From a virus, in UHGV virus genome UHGV-1374414: a stretch of DNA of 45,123 bases; one strand, given 5' to 3'. Position numbers and translations under genes: made by a program. The notes under the pieces were generated by a model, which had not been told where the DNA came from, searched no databases, and saw nothing but the letters and a program-made list of their open reading frames with translations. Of the stretch, positions 35,752 to 44,689 are shown in pieces. Positions within the stretch are counted from its first letter, which is position 1; each line of letters opens with the position of its first letter.

Positions 35752-37255
35752 TGTCCGCTACCTTGTCCGGGTCTTCTTCGGTAGATTCTACCGCATCAGG
35801 GGACATTTGAGGCAATGGATTCTGATTTCGCAATTCGTCTTCCACCTGCTCGACGGTTTGCGAGTCGTCGATGACGCCCTGCGCCATCATCCACTTGATG
35901 AAGTCAGCCAGTCGGACCGTGCCAGTCTGCACACCCGACATCATCGCGGTCATAAGCTGTGCATCAACCGTGATTTCGGTGTAGAACTTATTCAGCGTCA
36001 CACGCTGGTCGGCGGTGTCGCCCGTGAATAGCTGGACGATTTGCAGCGCACGGTTGAAAGCCTTCTCAACGTTACCGGCAATAAGCGACAGGATACTGTT
36101 ATCAGTCTGCGCATCATAGGCCGCCTCGGTTGCCGTCTTAGGTGCGGTCCCCTTCTCGACCAGGGCCGCGCCCAGTTTAGCCATTTGCAATTCGCGGCGC
36201 TCACACAGTGCAACAGACAAGTTGCGCTCCTCGGCCTGAATCAGTTTAGCGTCCATGTTCTGACCCAGAATGACGCCCTTAGTCGCACCGAGGGCAATGC
36301 CTCCCTTCAGGTTCTTGTCAGCCCATGATTGAGTCAAGCCCATTGCCACCAGGGTAGGTTGACCCACGATGTGCGCAATCTCGGCGACGTCCGCTTCGGC
36401 GTTGTAGTGCTTAATGTTGATGGATGCGATATCCGCCAGCGGAGCGGCGTCAGGCGTTGCGTTGTTGTCCACCGCACCACACCAGCAAAACGGAAGTTGT
36501 GTAAGCGCATTACCGGCGGCATCCACCAGCGGTACAAGGTCGGTGCGGGTAAATCCACGCGGCAAGTCCATTTGCACCTCGGACGTGTCCGCGTTGTAGT
36601 ACCAGCGGCGGGCGTGTGCCGCACCGTTAATCATGCGAAGCTCGGTCCAGATTGTTACTTCGTGGTTTGCGAAGTCGTCCGGGTCTTCGGTGCTGATTTC
36701 GTCCGTTTCCTTCAGCACAATTAGCGTATCGACACCGTGGGTCTGCCGCCAGTTGATGATCTGTTCTGCCGTGTACAGGCGGATAAGCGGGCGGTGTGAC
36801 GCCATCTCAGCGGCTGTCTGCGGCACTACGTTACCCAGTTCATCAAAATGCGCCTGGCGGTCGTAGTCGACCATAAAGCCCGCACGTCCCGATTGCAGCA
36901 CTTCAGACATAGCACCGCGCAGGAGTTGCGGCAGCGGCATACCACTGCCGTCTACGTCGTCAATCAGGTCCGCCATCGCCCCGGAAAGGTCGAGACTTAC
37001 CGGTTTAGCAAAGGCAACGCCTAACAGCGCGTTAAGTGTGCGGGCGGTGGCGTTCAGGAATACAGCGCGTTGCTTATACGCCTTATATCTCGCCCGTGCT
37101 TTCGGGTCAGTGTTGTCGCCACTGGCTGGGTGTGGAAGGTATAAGGGGCCGCACGCCTTCACGGCGCGCTCCCCTGCTACACAGTCACGGATCATTTTCC
37201 ACTCTGGCGCGATGCGCGCATAGAGCGGGTGCTGGTTGTCAACGTTAACGGTCAT
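35735..37255 (-). CDS. portal protein
   Basis: 506 aa; SD AAGGA; directly downstream of large terminase gene. Confidence 0.65.
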   Translation of the reverse strand: MTVNVDNQHPLYARIAPEWKMIRDCVAGERAVKACGPLYLPHPASGDNTDPKARARYKAYKQRAVFLNATARTLNALLGVAFAKPVSLDLSGAMADLIDDVDGSGMPLPQLLRGAMSEVLQSGRAGFMVDYDRQAHFDELGNVVPQTAAEMASHRPLIRLYTAEQIINWRQTHGVDTLIVLKETDEISTEDPDDFANHEVTIWTELRMINGAAHARRWYYNADTSEVQMDLPRGFTRTDLVPLVDAAGNALTQLPFCWCGAVDNNATPDAAPLADIASINIKHYNAEADVAEIAHIVGQPTLVAMGLTQSWADKNLKGGIALGATKGVILGQNMDAKLIQAEERNLSVALCERRELQMAKLGAALVEKGTAPKTATEAAYDAQTDNSILSLIAGNVEKAFNRALQIVQLFTGDTADQRVTLNKFYTEITVDAQLMTAMMSGVQTGTVRLADFIKWMMAQGVIDDSQTVEQVEDELRNQNPLPQMSPDAVESTEEDPDKVADNGEDN

Positions 37256-37265
37256 GGTCGTTTCC

Positions 37266-38651
37266 TTAGTAGAAGTCTACAGTTGGAACAACGGCGACAG
37301 GACGAATCACTGGGAACAGGTGCGCAATTGGATAGCCAGCGGCATCGTTCATGTGGTCCACACCGGCGGTTTTATCCGGCTCGCCTTTCTTCAGGTCGTA
37401 AACCTGCTGTTCCAGACATTTCGCTAGTGTAGGGCATTTATCCAGGTTGACAAAATACTGGCGCACGCCCTTCGAGTTGCACATCATCGTATTCATCGCG
37501 ATCAATCGGTCTTTCACAGGTGGGTTAACACTGTCATACTCCACCTCGAAGCCCGCGTCTTCCAGTTGCGCTATATCGGACGATGATGCGTTGACAGTCT
37601 TGCGAGACTTGCCGCTGCTATCCGGGTAAACGACAACACGACCGGCAGCACAATGATCGGGGTAGCGCTCCTCGATCGCCTCAATCATAGCCGGGGTATC
37701 GAACAGGTCCACGAATTCATCCACTGCGTGAATCTCGTCGCGGAACTCCTTGTTTTCGGTGATGCGCTGCCGTCTGACGTACACGACCGCCGCCATTTTC
37801 GTGACGTTAAAGTCCATACCGATAATCAGCGTGTCTTCCGGCTGCACTTCTTCGGTGCTGGCGTTATCCTCACGATTGAACATCTTGTATACCGCGCCCG
37901 ACGTAAGGTTGACAAACATACCGTTCAGGTACGCATCAATCAGGTTAGCCGGGTACTGGCTGCGCAGAGTGTCGATAAAGTCAGCCGGTAAGTGGTGATT
38001 ATCGGTAGTCTTCGCCCGGATCAAACGTTTCTGGCTATCCTTCTCCACTTCGAAAATCTGGTACATCGCCCGGAAGCCTTCAGGCGTGGATACGATGACG
38101 AACTGGCGTACCAAGCCAGCACGCAGACGACCAAGCAATTTGTGATATGCCGCCATCGCGACGTCTTGCTTCGTGGTGTCGAACTCGTCGGCAACAATCC
38201 ATGCGGCGTTAACCCCGATAAGGCGGGTGTAGTTTTCCATTGACTCGCAGATTACGCGGGTCCATTTGCCTTTCACCAGAACGCTGTAGATCTTGTCCTG
38301 CTTATTGAACTTCCACCGGAAGCCCGCCTCGTCAAACGCCTTTTCCAATTCTGGATACATGATTTTAACCAGAAGTGGAATAGTCGGTTCTGTAACGATG
38401 CCATCATGACCAGGGTTCAGGGTTAAAAGCTGGATGACCTTTCGCGCCGCGACCCATGACTTGCCACCACCGAAGCCGGAGCACAGGCCGAGGATTTTAG
38501 TCTTCGTGTCGCGCAGTAGCTCCACCTGGTGAGGAAGGCAATCAGGCTGGTAAAGGCGGACGGCCTGTGCAACGCGTGTCGGGCGCGGCGGTCTGTTTCG
38601 CTTTGCGATCGCGCGTTCAAGGGCGCGATGTTCTGCCGCATAGTTACGCAT
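37266..38651 (-). CDS. terL: terminase large subunit
   Basis: 461 aa; Walker A GFGGGKS, Walker B WIVADEFD; start overlaps small subunit stop (TAATG). Confidence 0.85.
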   Translation of the reverse strand: MRNYAAEHRALERAIAKRNRPPRPTRVAQAVRLYQPDCLPHQVELLRDTKTKILGLCSGFGGGKSWVAARKVIQLLTLNPGHDGIVTEPTIPLLVKIMYPELEKAFDEAGFRWKFNKQDKIYSVLVKGKWTRVICESMENYTRLIGVNAAWIVADEFDTTKQDVAMAAYHKLLGRLRAGLVRQFVIVSTPEGFRAMYQIFEVEKDSQKRLIRAKTTDNHHLPADFIDTLRSQYPANLIDAYLNGMFVNLTSGAVYKMFNREDNASTEEVQPEDTLIIGMDFNVTKMAAVVYVRRQRITENKEFRDEIHAVDEFVDLFDTPAMIEAIEERYPDHCAAGRVVVYPDSSGKSRKTVNASSSDIAQLEDAGFEVEYDSVNPPVKDRLIAMNTMMCNSKGVRQYFVNLDKCPTLAKCLEQQVYDLKKGEPDKTAGVDHMNDAAGYPIAHLFPVIRPVAVVPTVDFY

Positions 38652-39202
38652 TACTCACCCTGACCTTTGCCAGTAGGCTCCACAACGACGTCGCCGTTAT
38701 CATCTTCGTCGTCATCCAGCGGTACATCGTCCCGGACGCCGTGGTTGGCTTTAAGCAGGAAGGTAGCGAAGCCCGCCGCGATGGTCACGCCGCCAGCTTC
38801 CATCAGGAACGTTTTCTGCAACTCCATAGCGTCCGCCATCGCCTCGGCGAACTCCTCATGTGCGCGCGCCCAGCGGTACAGGCAGGCGACGCCTACACCA
38901 ATATCTGCGGCAAAGCGACCTAGAGTCGGCATCTTGTTGCGAGGGATTACCTGCGCAGCACCTTTGTCGGAGTAGTTGATTTGCCAGGCTACGGCATCGG
39001 CGAAATAGCGGCGAAGCTGGTCACAATACACGGTACGGTAGTCGGTAGGACGTCCACATTTGCCGCCTCTACGGCGCTTGCCGTATTCGATCTCCGGCCC
39101 GAGATTGGTGTGTTCTGTTTGCTCGCCTGGTTTACGGCGCGGGGTAACTGCTACTCGTCCGTCCAGTTTAGCGCGACGGCCTTTAACTTTAATTTCTGCC
39201 AT
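38651..39202 (-). CDS. putative terminase small subunit
   Basis: ATG 39202 with AAAGGG SD; basic N-terminus, acidic C-terminus; translationally coupled to terL. Confidence 0.5.
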   Translation of the reverse strand: MAEIKVKGRRAKLDGRVAVTPRRKPGEQTEHTNLGPEIEYGKRRRGGKCGRPTDYRTVYCDQLRRYFADAVAWQINYSDKGAAQVIPRNKMPTLGRFAADIGVGVACLYRWARAHEEFAEAMADAMELQKTFLMEAGGVTIAAGFATFLLKANHGVRDDVPLDDDEDDNGDVVVEPTGKGQGE

Positions 39203-39282
39203 GATATAAGCCCTTTTGTGCATATGCGCCGACCATCGGCAACATAGGAGACGGCCCTGCCATCTAAGGGGATTATAACAGG

Positions 39283-39308
39283 CACAAAAAAGCCCACCAA
39301 ATCGGCGG
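39283..39308 (-). terminator. intrinsic terminator upstream of terminase genes
   Basis: Minus strand: gcccgcc-gattt-ggtgggc hairpin followed by tttttt. Confidence 0.5.
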
Positions 39309-39318
39309 GCTAGGAGGA

Positions 39319-39531
39319 TTAAACGGGGCGACCGTAGTATCGGGTTAACATGCTTTCTACTTCGCGTATAGCGCCTTCTGTGTAGCGTATTTGCGATAGT
39401 ATCTCGATCCGCTCGCTGATAGACATGCCTATCGCCGCTGCCGTTCGTTCGAATCGGCGCAAGCCTTCGAGTTGTTTGCGTAGTTCCTTCAGGCGGGTGG
39501 CCTGCGTGCTCATGAATACTTGTCTAATCAT
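39319..39531 (-). CDS. hypothetical protein
   Basis: 70 aa; start overlaps upstream stop (ATGA). Confidence 0.45.
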   Translation of the reverse strand: MIRQVFMSTQATRLKELRKQLEGLRRFERTAAAIGMSISERIEILSQIRYTEGAIREVESMLTRYYGRPV

Positions 39532-40670
39532 TTCAACATTTCCGGGCTAATGGTTAAGCGCGCTACTTCGCCGTAGTTGGCGCTGTAGGTGATTACGTTG
39601 GCACTGCGTCCGGACATCCAACCGCCGCGGCTGGCATATGCGTCTTTCGCTGCGAGGGTCCGGTGCTGTTCAACAATCATGTTGCGGGATTCAACAATCT
39701 TCTGGTGGTGCAAGTGGCCTACATGCGCGTAGCTGTACTCGCTGGCCCCGAAAGCCTGTCTGAATTTAGAAATCATAACGGTTTCGATGGCATCGAAGCG
39801 CGCTTTGTGCCCGTGGTGGAAGAACAGCGTGGTCTTGCCGTGCTGCACCATTTTGTACACGTCCGGGGACGTGTCCACATCGACACGAGGCTCGTTCTCG
39901 TACAGCGTATTGAACATTTCAGCCAGCCAAATCATACCAGACTCGTCATGATTCCCCTGGACGATTAGCAGTTTGACTTTGTGGTGTTTTTGCAGCGCCA
40001 GCTCCACCACGTTGCGCACCATGCGAATCATGTATCGTACCAGCTTCTGGTAGCGGGTATCTGCGTCCAGTACGTGACCGCTGGCAGGAGTGACGGCATC
40101 GAGGCTATCAAAGTGGGCCATATCACCGAGGATATTAATCACGGCAGTGCCTGCGTCCGGTGCGCGTGCGAAGGCTTCGACAAACCAGCGGTAGAACAGG
40201 TCTTCGGCAATCGCCATATCCCAGTCTTCGCCCGTCTCTTCGCCCCAGGCCAACATGCCCAGGTGGAAGTCGGACACGGTGTACAGGTTGAGTAGGTCAA
40301 GTGCCTGGATCGGGACTGGTGGGGCGCTTACTGGTGCTGCCGGTTTTATTTCGCTGTTCATACCCTCGACAACAGCGCGCATGGCTTCAAGCTGGCGCTC
40401 CTTGTCCTGCTCAGTGATAACCCACGACATGACTTCTTCGCCATTGCCGCGCACCAGGGCGGATACGCGCTTAACACCGAAGCCATCGGCAACGCGCTTA
40501 CGGATTACGGCATCGTTACCGTGACCAATACCTTTCTTCGACAGGCGGGCTTTGCGCATGTAGACATTTCGGAGGGAAAGACCGTACCTCTTAGCAATAT
40601 CTTTCGAGGTAGTGCCGGATTGCAACTCGGCGATCAATTGCTCGTCGGTGATTTTAGTTTGCGGGTGCAT
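39528..40670 (-). CDS. calcineurin-like metallophosphoesterase with N-terminal HTH domain
   Basis: 380 aa; N-terminal TSKDIAKRYGLSLRNVYMRKARL (HTH); phosphoesterase motifs SDFHLG, GDMAHFD, GNHDE, HHGH, GHLHH. Confidence 0.7.
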   Translation of the reverse strand: MHPQTKITDEQLIAELQSGTTSKDIAKRYGLSLRNVYMRKARLSKKGIGHGNDAVIRKRVADGFGVKRVSALVRGNGEEVMSWVITEQDKERQLEAMRAVVEGMNSEIKPAAPVSAPPVPIQALDLLNLYTVSDFHLGMLAWGEETGEDWDMAIAEDLFYRWFVEAFARAPDAGTAVINILGDMAHFDSLDAVTPASGHVLDADTRYQKLVRYMIRMVRNVVELALQKHHKVKLLIVQGNHDESGMIWLAEMFNTLYENEPRVDVDTSPDVYKMVQHGKTTLFFHHGHKARFDAIETVMISKFRQAFGASEYSYAHVGHLHHQKIVESRNMIVEQHRTLAAKDAYASRGGWMSGRSANVITYSANYGEVARLTISPEMLK

Positions 40671-40801
40671 ATTAATTCACTTCATGATTAAGGGACCGAA
40701 GACAATATACCACGGTCCCTATTGTGGCGTGTTATAGCAGTTCGCAAATAACCATACCGATAAATGCTGCGGTGGACCGGATGGCCAATACCCAAATATC
40801 A

Positions 40802-41029
40802 TTACGTGCCATAGTGTAACTCCATCTCAGTGAAAGCGGCGCTTATGCCGTCGTTAGTTATCCATACACCGCGCGTATCGCTAAACTTGAATACTTCAGT
40901 CCAGTTCCCGTGCTCATTCATAACGTAATACTTATCGTCAATCAGGAAAACACCATATTCCAGATACTGGATTACGGCGCGCGTAGCGGATTCATGACAG
41001 ATGACCGTGCAGATTAATTCAGGTTCCAT
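40802..41029 (-). CDS. hypothetical protein
   Basis: ATG 41029 with GAGGAG SD; 75 aa. Confidence 0.5.
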   Translation of the reverse strand: MEPELICTVICHESATRAVIQYLEYGVFLIDDKYYVMNEHGNWTEVFKFSDTRGVWITNDGISAAFTEMELHYGT

Positions 41030-41059
41030 AGTGTAATACTCCTCTCGTTGATTGGTCGC

Positions 41060-41089
41060 AGTATGGCGTATATGTTGGTTGCAAGTCAA
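41060..41089 (-). promoter_or_regulatory. sigma70-like promoter TTGACT-18-CATACT (minus strand) with TTGCAACCAAC motif in spacer
   Basis: Located between terminator 41096-41128 and gene starting at 41029. Confidence 0.4.
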
Positions 41090-41095
41090 GCAATA

Positions 41096-41128
41096 AAAAG
41101 CCCGGAATTAACCGGGCTTGTGGTTTTA
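41096..41128 (-). terminator. intrinsic terminator after Ig-like gene (hairpin could act on both strands)
   Basis: agcccgg-ttaatt-ccgggct hairpin with T runs on both sides. Confidence 0.6.
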
Positions 41129-41539
41129 TCCTGCGGCTCCCGTTACGGTGAAGATGGCGGACGCCATCGCCCCGCCCCCATCGGATGCCACCCAGAAGAT
41201 GTGGACGCCACCCTCCGTTCTTGCTGTGATTTCGCCGGTAGCCTGATTGATTTCCGCGCATTCTGGGTTTGCAGACACCCACTTCCCTACCTTGTTAGTT
41301 GCGTCGGATGGCAGGACGGCAACAGAAGCGGCGGCTTTCGCCCCAACTGCGGCTGACACTGGGGTGATGGTTATGGTCGCACTTGCCACTGGCTTACTTT
41401 CCGGCGGGCTAGGTAACTTCGCGTCGAAGACCCCAGCGCGGCTGATCGTATCCGCTACAATAGCGCGTGCGCCTGGGTCTTCGATTTTAGCCAGCGCAGC
41501 AAGCGCGTCGGCGTTATGATCAAGAATACTTTTTAACAT
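41126..41539 (-). CDS. bacterial Ig-like (Big_2-type) domain protein
   Basis: 137 aa; ITPVSAAVGAKAAASVAVLPSDATNKVGKWVSANPECAEINQATGEI resembles Big_2 fold. Confidence 0.55.
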   Translation of the reverse strand: MLKSILDHNADALAALAKIEDPGARAIVADTISRAGVFDAKLPSPPESKPVASATITITPVSAAVGAKAAASVAVLPSDATNKVGKWVSANPECAEINQATGEITARTEGGVHIFWVASDGGGAMASAIFTVTGAAG

Positions 41540-41555
41540 ACTGTGTTACCCCGTA

Positions 41556-42047
41556 TTATGCTGCGTTACGTCCGATTCTCTCGGCAACGTCCCACTGCTT
41601 ACCATCGAATAGCGCTTGCCTGCCGATTGCTCGACGGACCAGACCCTTGAGCACTTCCCCGCCTTGCTTGCGGAACTGCGGCAGAGTAGCACGGACCTTC
41701 GCCCAGTCACCCAGTCGCACTGCATCATCGAAGTCATTAGCGATATGGTCCGGTACGATCGGACCCTGACCTGCATTGATTACCAGATCCACCAGCGCGT
41801 CGAATTGCGCCTGGTTAATGCTCGGATGTGCGTATTTGTTCACCCAATCTTCCGCATACGCCACGTCACGCTTGAGTAGTTCCAGCGCTTCCGCGCGGGT
41901 AATGCTTCGAGGCGGGTTAGTGCCGGTGTGTCCATAACCCCAGGTGTACAGGCCGCGGGCCTGCTCTTTCTTAGTCGCGAAATACGGCACTGGGCTAAAA
42001 GCCTCCCATGCTGCCGTGAATCGCAGACCGTTGTCACTGAATCGCAT
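41556..42047 (-). CDS. endolysin (phage lysozyme, GH24-like)
   Basis: 163 aa; N-terminal ...EAFSPVPYFATKKEQARGLYTWGYGHT resembles T4-lysozyme catalytic region; preceded by two small membrane proteins. Confidence 0.7.
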   Translation of the reverse strand: MRFSDNGLRFTAAWEAFSPVPYFATKKEQARGLYTWGYGHTGTNPPRSITRAEALELLKRDVAYAEDWVNKYAHPSINQAQFDALVDLVINAGQGPIVPDHIANDFDDAVRLGDWAKVRATLPQFRKQGGEVLKGLVRRAIGRQALFDGKQWDVAERIGRNAA

Positions 42048-42279
42048 GTTTTACCCCATTCAAAACAGCATTACGCAGCGTGCGCAATGCAAACAGCCAG
42101 ATTAACGCGGTCCAGGTGGTATCAGATACGTCTCCTGTTTGCAGCAGTCCGATAATACAGACCATTGCCGTTAACAGATACAGCACCCGACCGAAAATGC
42201 CATCCTGGACGGACGGCGCATACACGTTAAACAGGGACGAAGCCCCGATGATAACAAACAACAGGACGGAGATAATCAT
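42034..42279 (-). CDS. holin/antiholin-like small membrane protein
   Basis: 81 aa with 2-3 hydrophobic helices; overlaps endolysin start. Confidence 0.55.
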   Translation of the reverse strand: MIISVLLFVIIGASSLFNVYAPSVQDGIFGRVLYLLTAMVCIIGLLQTGDVSDTTWTALIWLFALRTLRNAVLNGVKHAIQ

Positions 42280-42566
42280 TTTGCACCCCCCGGAAGTCGG
42301 AACGACGCAATAGTCCCCCTGATCCGGTCGGCGATTGGCATCCAGAAGATCGCAGTTACGAAGCCCAAACCGGCGACAGTGCGCTCACCCGACAAACCAG
42401 CCCACTCAGCGATAGCCGGTGCGCCAAATATGGCACACAGGAAGCCAACTACGATATATAAAACGAAGTTCAGCGGCCCTTTCGTAGCCTCGCCATGAAT
42501 GCGTGCGCCTACGAAGCCGCCAGCCAGACATGCGATGGCAAATAGCCACTCGTTTATCTTATCCAT
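42276..42566 (-). CDS. holin-like membrane protein
   Basis: 96 aa; three predicted TM helices; first gene after upstream terminator. Confidence 0.55.
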   Translation of the reverse strand: MDKINEWLFAIACLAGGFVGARIHGEATKGPLNFVLYIVVGFLCAIFGAPAIAEWAGLSGERTVAGLGFVTAIFWMPIADRIRGTIASFRLPGGAK

Positions 42567-42567
42567 A

Positions 42568-42600
42568 AAAAAGTCCCAGTAAGTTTTAGCTCACTGGGAC
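42568..42600 (-). terminator. intrinsic terminator upstream of lysis cassette
   Basis: Minus strand: 9-bp perfect stem agtcccagt/actgggact followed by tttttt. Confidence 0.55.
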
Positions 42601-42618
42601 TATATCACGCTTGCATAA

Positions 42619-42906
42619 TTAATCGAAAATGGACCACTTGCCGACGCCTTTCCACTCCCACCCGGATGATCGAACGGCTTCGAATGTTCGACCGCCTATC
42701 ATATCCCGATACCATAGCCACCACATGCGAAGCCGGGTTGGGTGTTCCGTGATGCCACGGCGCTTGTATATCTGGAATGTCATGCGGGTAATGCTGGCAG
42801 CTTCCACGGCAGGCCAAATCAGGAATACCCATATCGCGCCCAGCACTGCCTTGGTAAGGCATAGCCAACTGGCCAATCCAAACCAATATATAAAATCGTG
42901 TAACAT
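42619..42906 (-). CDS. small membrane protein
   Basis: ATG 42906 with GGAGGGGG SD; 95 aa; hydrophobic N-terminal helices; overlaps alternative ORF 42819-43031. Confidence 0.5.
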   Translation of the reverse strand: MLHDFIYWFGLASWLCLTKAVLGAIWVFLIWPAVEAASITRMTFQIYKRRGITEHPTRLRMWWLWYRDMIGGRTFEAVRSSGWEWKGVGKWSIFD

Positions 42907-43027
42907 CGTATCGCCCCCTCCGGTTTGCCAATATGGCGCGCCCATGCACGCGCCACGAAGTAATTGCGAAACACCCGACCGCCTATCTCAAAGCGGTTGT
43001 GCATCAGCGTATCACGGATAGTCGAAC

Positions 43028-43570
43028 TCATTTCAGAATCACCGAGCGCGGGTCAATGGCGTTCATGCTGCCGTCACGTTCGACGCGGATGAATCCCACA
43101 CCGTATTCCCGCGCCTGGCGCTGCGCATTCGTCACAGCATCAAAGCGATTGATGATTTCATGCGTCGCCCGTTTCATTTTCGCTTGCACCTGGGTCGCGT
43201 CGTAAGTCGCGCGCTCATGTGGCCGGCGGTTACGCAGGCAGTATTTGCGGCCCACGCGCTCGTAGTTGACCAGCCCGAAGTACATCATACCCCTCTGTAT
43301 GTTACCCCCTACGCCGCCATTGCGGGTCTGCATACGCAGGCCGTTCCGGTAGGTGCGTTCCACGACCCACAGCTGCCCGTCGCGAACATCCCGCAGCACA
43401 TCGCCGCGCTTGATATCGTGGGTTAGTACGTCAAAGTTTGCCGGTAGGTGGACCGTATCCTCCAGACACTCAAGGCCGCTGTGTATGTGGCGCAAGCGCA
43501 CGCAGGTAGGAAGGGTCTGGATCGGTCTCATGATATAGCCGTCGGCTTTACGGCGGAATAGTAATTTCAT
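43028..43570 (-). CDS. hypothetical protein, paralog family member 1 (with C-terminal extension)
   Basis: 180 aa; shares GDVLRD-x4-G-LWV and GLV-Y-RVGRK with 43567-43911. Confidence 0.6.
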   Translation of the reverse strand: MKLLFRRKADGYIMRPIQTLPTCVRLRHIHSGLECLEDTVHLPANFDVLTHDIKRGDVLRDVRDGQLWVVERTYRNGLRMQTRNGGVGGNIQRGMMYFGLVNYERVGRKYCLRNRRPHERATYDATQVQAKMKRATHEIINRFDAVTNAQRQAREYGVGFIRVERDGSMNAIDPRSVILK

Positions 43571-43911
43571 TTGCGCAGTCTCCAGGTTGCTTTACGGCCT
43601 ACGCGGGTGTAGTCCACCAGGCCAATCGTGTTAATAGTTTGCTGTTTGCCATCCGGGCGGGCAAGCAGTAGCGTGTGCTGCCGTTTGTCTTTCTCCCAAA
43701 TACTAGCCGCAACCCATAGTTCGCCAGTGTGCTTGTCGCGCAGCACATCGCCACACCGGACGTTATGCTTGAAATAGTCGTATGCGCTCAGCATACCGAT
43801 CGGCAGCGCCAGGCGGTCGTCGCCCAGTCCTAAGATGACGAACGCGCCGCGAACGTCGATAAGGTCATAAGTGGACCCCGATTGCTCGTGGCGTGCGGTT
43901 ACTCGAATCAT
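43567..43911 (-). CDS. hypothetical protein, paralog family member 2
   Basis: 114 aa; RCGDVLRDKHTGELWV...GLVDYTRVGRKATWRLRK; ATGA overlaps on both sides. Confidence 0.6.
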   Translation of the reverse strand: MIRVTARHEQSGSTYDLIDVRGAFVILGLGDDRLALPIGMLSAYDYFKHNVRCGDVLRDKHTGELWVAASIWEKDKRQHTLLLARPDGKQQTINTIGLVDYTRVGRKATWRLRK

Positions 43912-44177
43912 TTGCTCAGTCTCCAGTGTTTGCCTACCCGCTCAATGGCGGGCTTTCGGCGTAATGTAATACGGATCCCCATTGGTTGCAAGGAAGTCCG
44001 CACCCTGAAATCGTGTTGTGCTGCGAACTGGTGCAAGTAGCGAGTCTGCGTTAACGGCTTTACGTCGTCGCGATAGCACCAGAATACCGATTCGCCCTCA
44101 ACCGCATTCTCAGCCCATATTCGTATGCAATGCAGGGGAATATGCCACGAAAGCTGTTTTGCGCGTCTGCGGCTCAT
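43908..44177 (-). CDS. hypothetical protein (possible diverged third paralog)
   Basis: 89 aa; C-terminus IERVGKHWRLSK resembles RVGRKATWRLRK of neighbour. Confidence 0.5.
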   Translation of the reverse strand: MSRRRAKQLSWHIPLHCIRIWAENAVEGESVFWCYRDDVKPLTQTRYLHQFAAQHDFRVRTSLQPMGIRITLRRKPAIERVGKHWRLSK

Positions 44178-44186
44178 TTTGGCCCC

Positions 44187-44477
44187 CTATTTCGCAAGCT
44201 GGGAGAATAGTTCGCGCTGGGCTTTAATCCGGGCGACGTTAGTCACTGCCGTTTCGCCGATACCGAAGCGATACGCCAGGCGTTCACGGGCAAATGCCAG
44301 CGCGTAAGCCCTGATAGCCGCGCGCAACGGCTCGGGGTCTTCCATGCCCGCGGTCGCATCCATGATCGCAAACCAGGTCGGAGCTACCAGGCGCTCCCAC
44401 GGTGCTCTGCCGTGGGTATATCTCACTTCGACCGGTTTTGCCACCGCCATTGTGTAATTCCAGATTAACGCTCTCAT
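44187..44477 (-). CDS. hypothetical protein (first gene of minus-strand operon after control region)
   Basis: 96 aa; SD GAGGA 9 nt upstream; leader identical to that of DnaN-like gene. Confidence 0.55.
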   Translation of the reverse strand: MRALIWNYTMAVAKPVEVRYTHGRAPWERLVAPTWFAIMDATAGMEDPEPLRAAIRAYALAFARERLAYRFGIGETAVTNVARIKAQRELFSQLAK

Positions 44478-44505
44478 TGTTCAGTCCTCATGTTGGTGTG
44501 CAACC

Positions 44506-44534
44506 AATATAGCAGGGTGCCAGGGCGGATGCAA
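44506..44534 (-). promoter_or_regulatory. sigma70-like promoter TTGCAT-17-TATATT (minus strand) from two ATATTGGTTGCA repeats
   Basis: Minus-strand -35 = plus 44529-44534, -10 = plus 44506-44511. Confidence 0.5.
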
Positions 44535-44611
44535 CCAATATTAATCACGCGCATGAAAAAGTTGATCGCTATCTGCTGTGACTGCAAACTGCGTTTTTCA
44601 CTCCGCATAAT

Positions 44612-44630
44612 GCAACCTGCATTGGTTGCC
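44612..44630. promoter_or_regulatory. inverted repeat GCAACC-tgcatt-GGTTGC (motif-derived operator-like site)
   Basis: Perfect 6-bp arms; overlaps ATTGGTTGCC at 44621-44630. Confidence 0.35.
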
Positions 44631-44689
44631 TAGTTCACCGGCGACCGCACTTCGCATCATGCTGCCGTGTATTTTGCAATCCCCGGATT

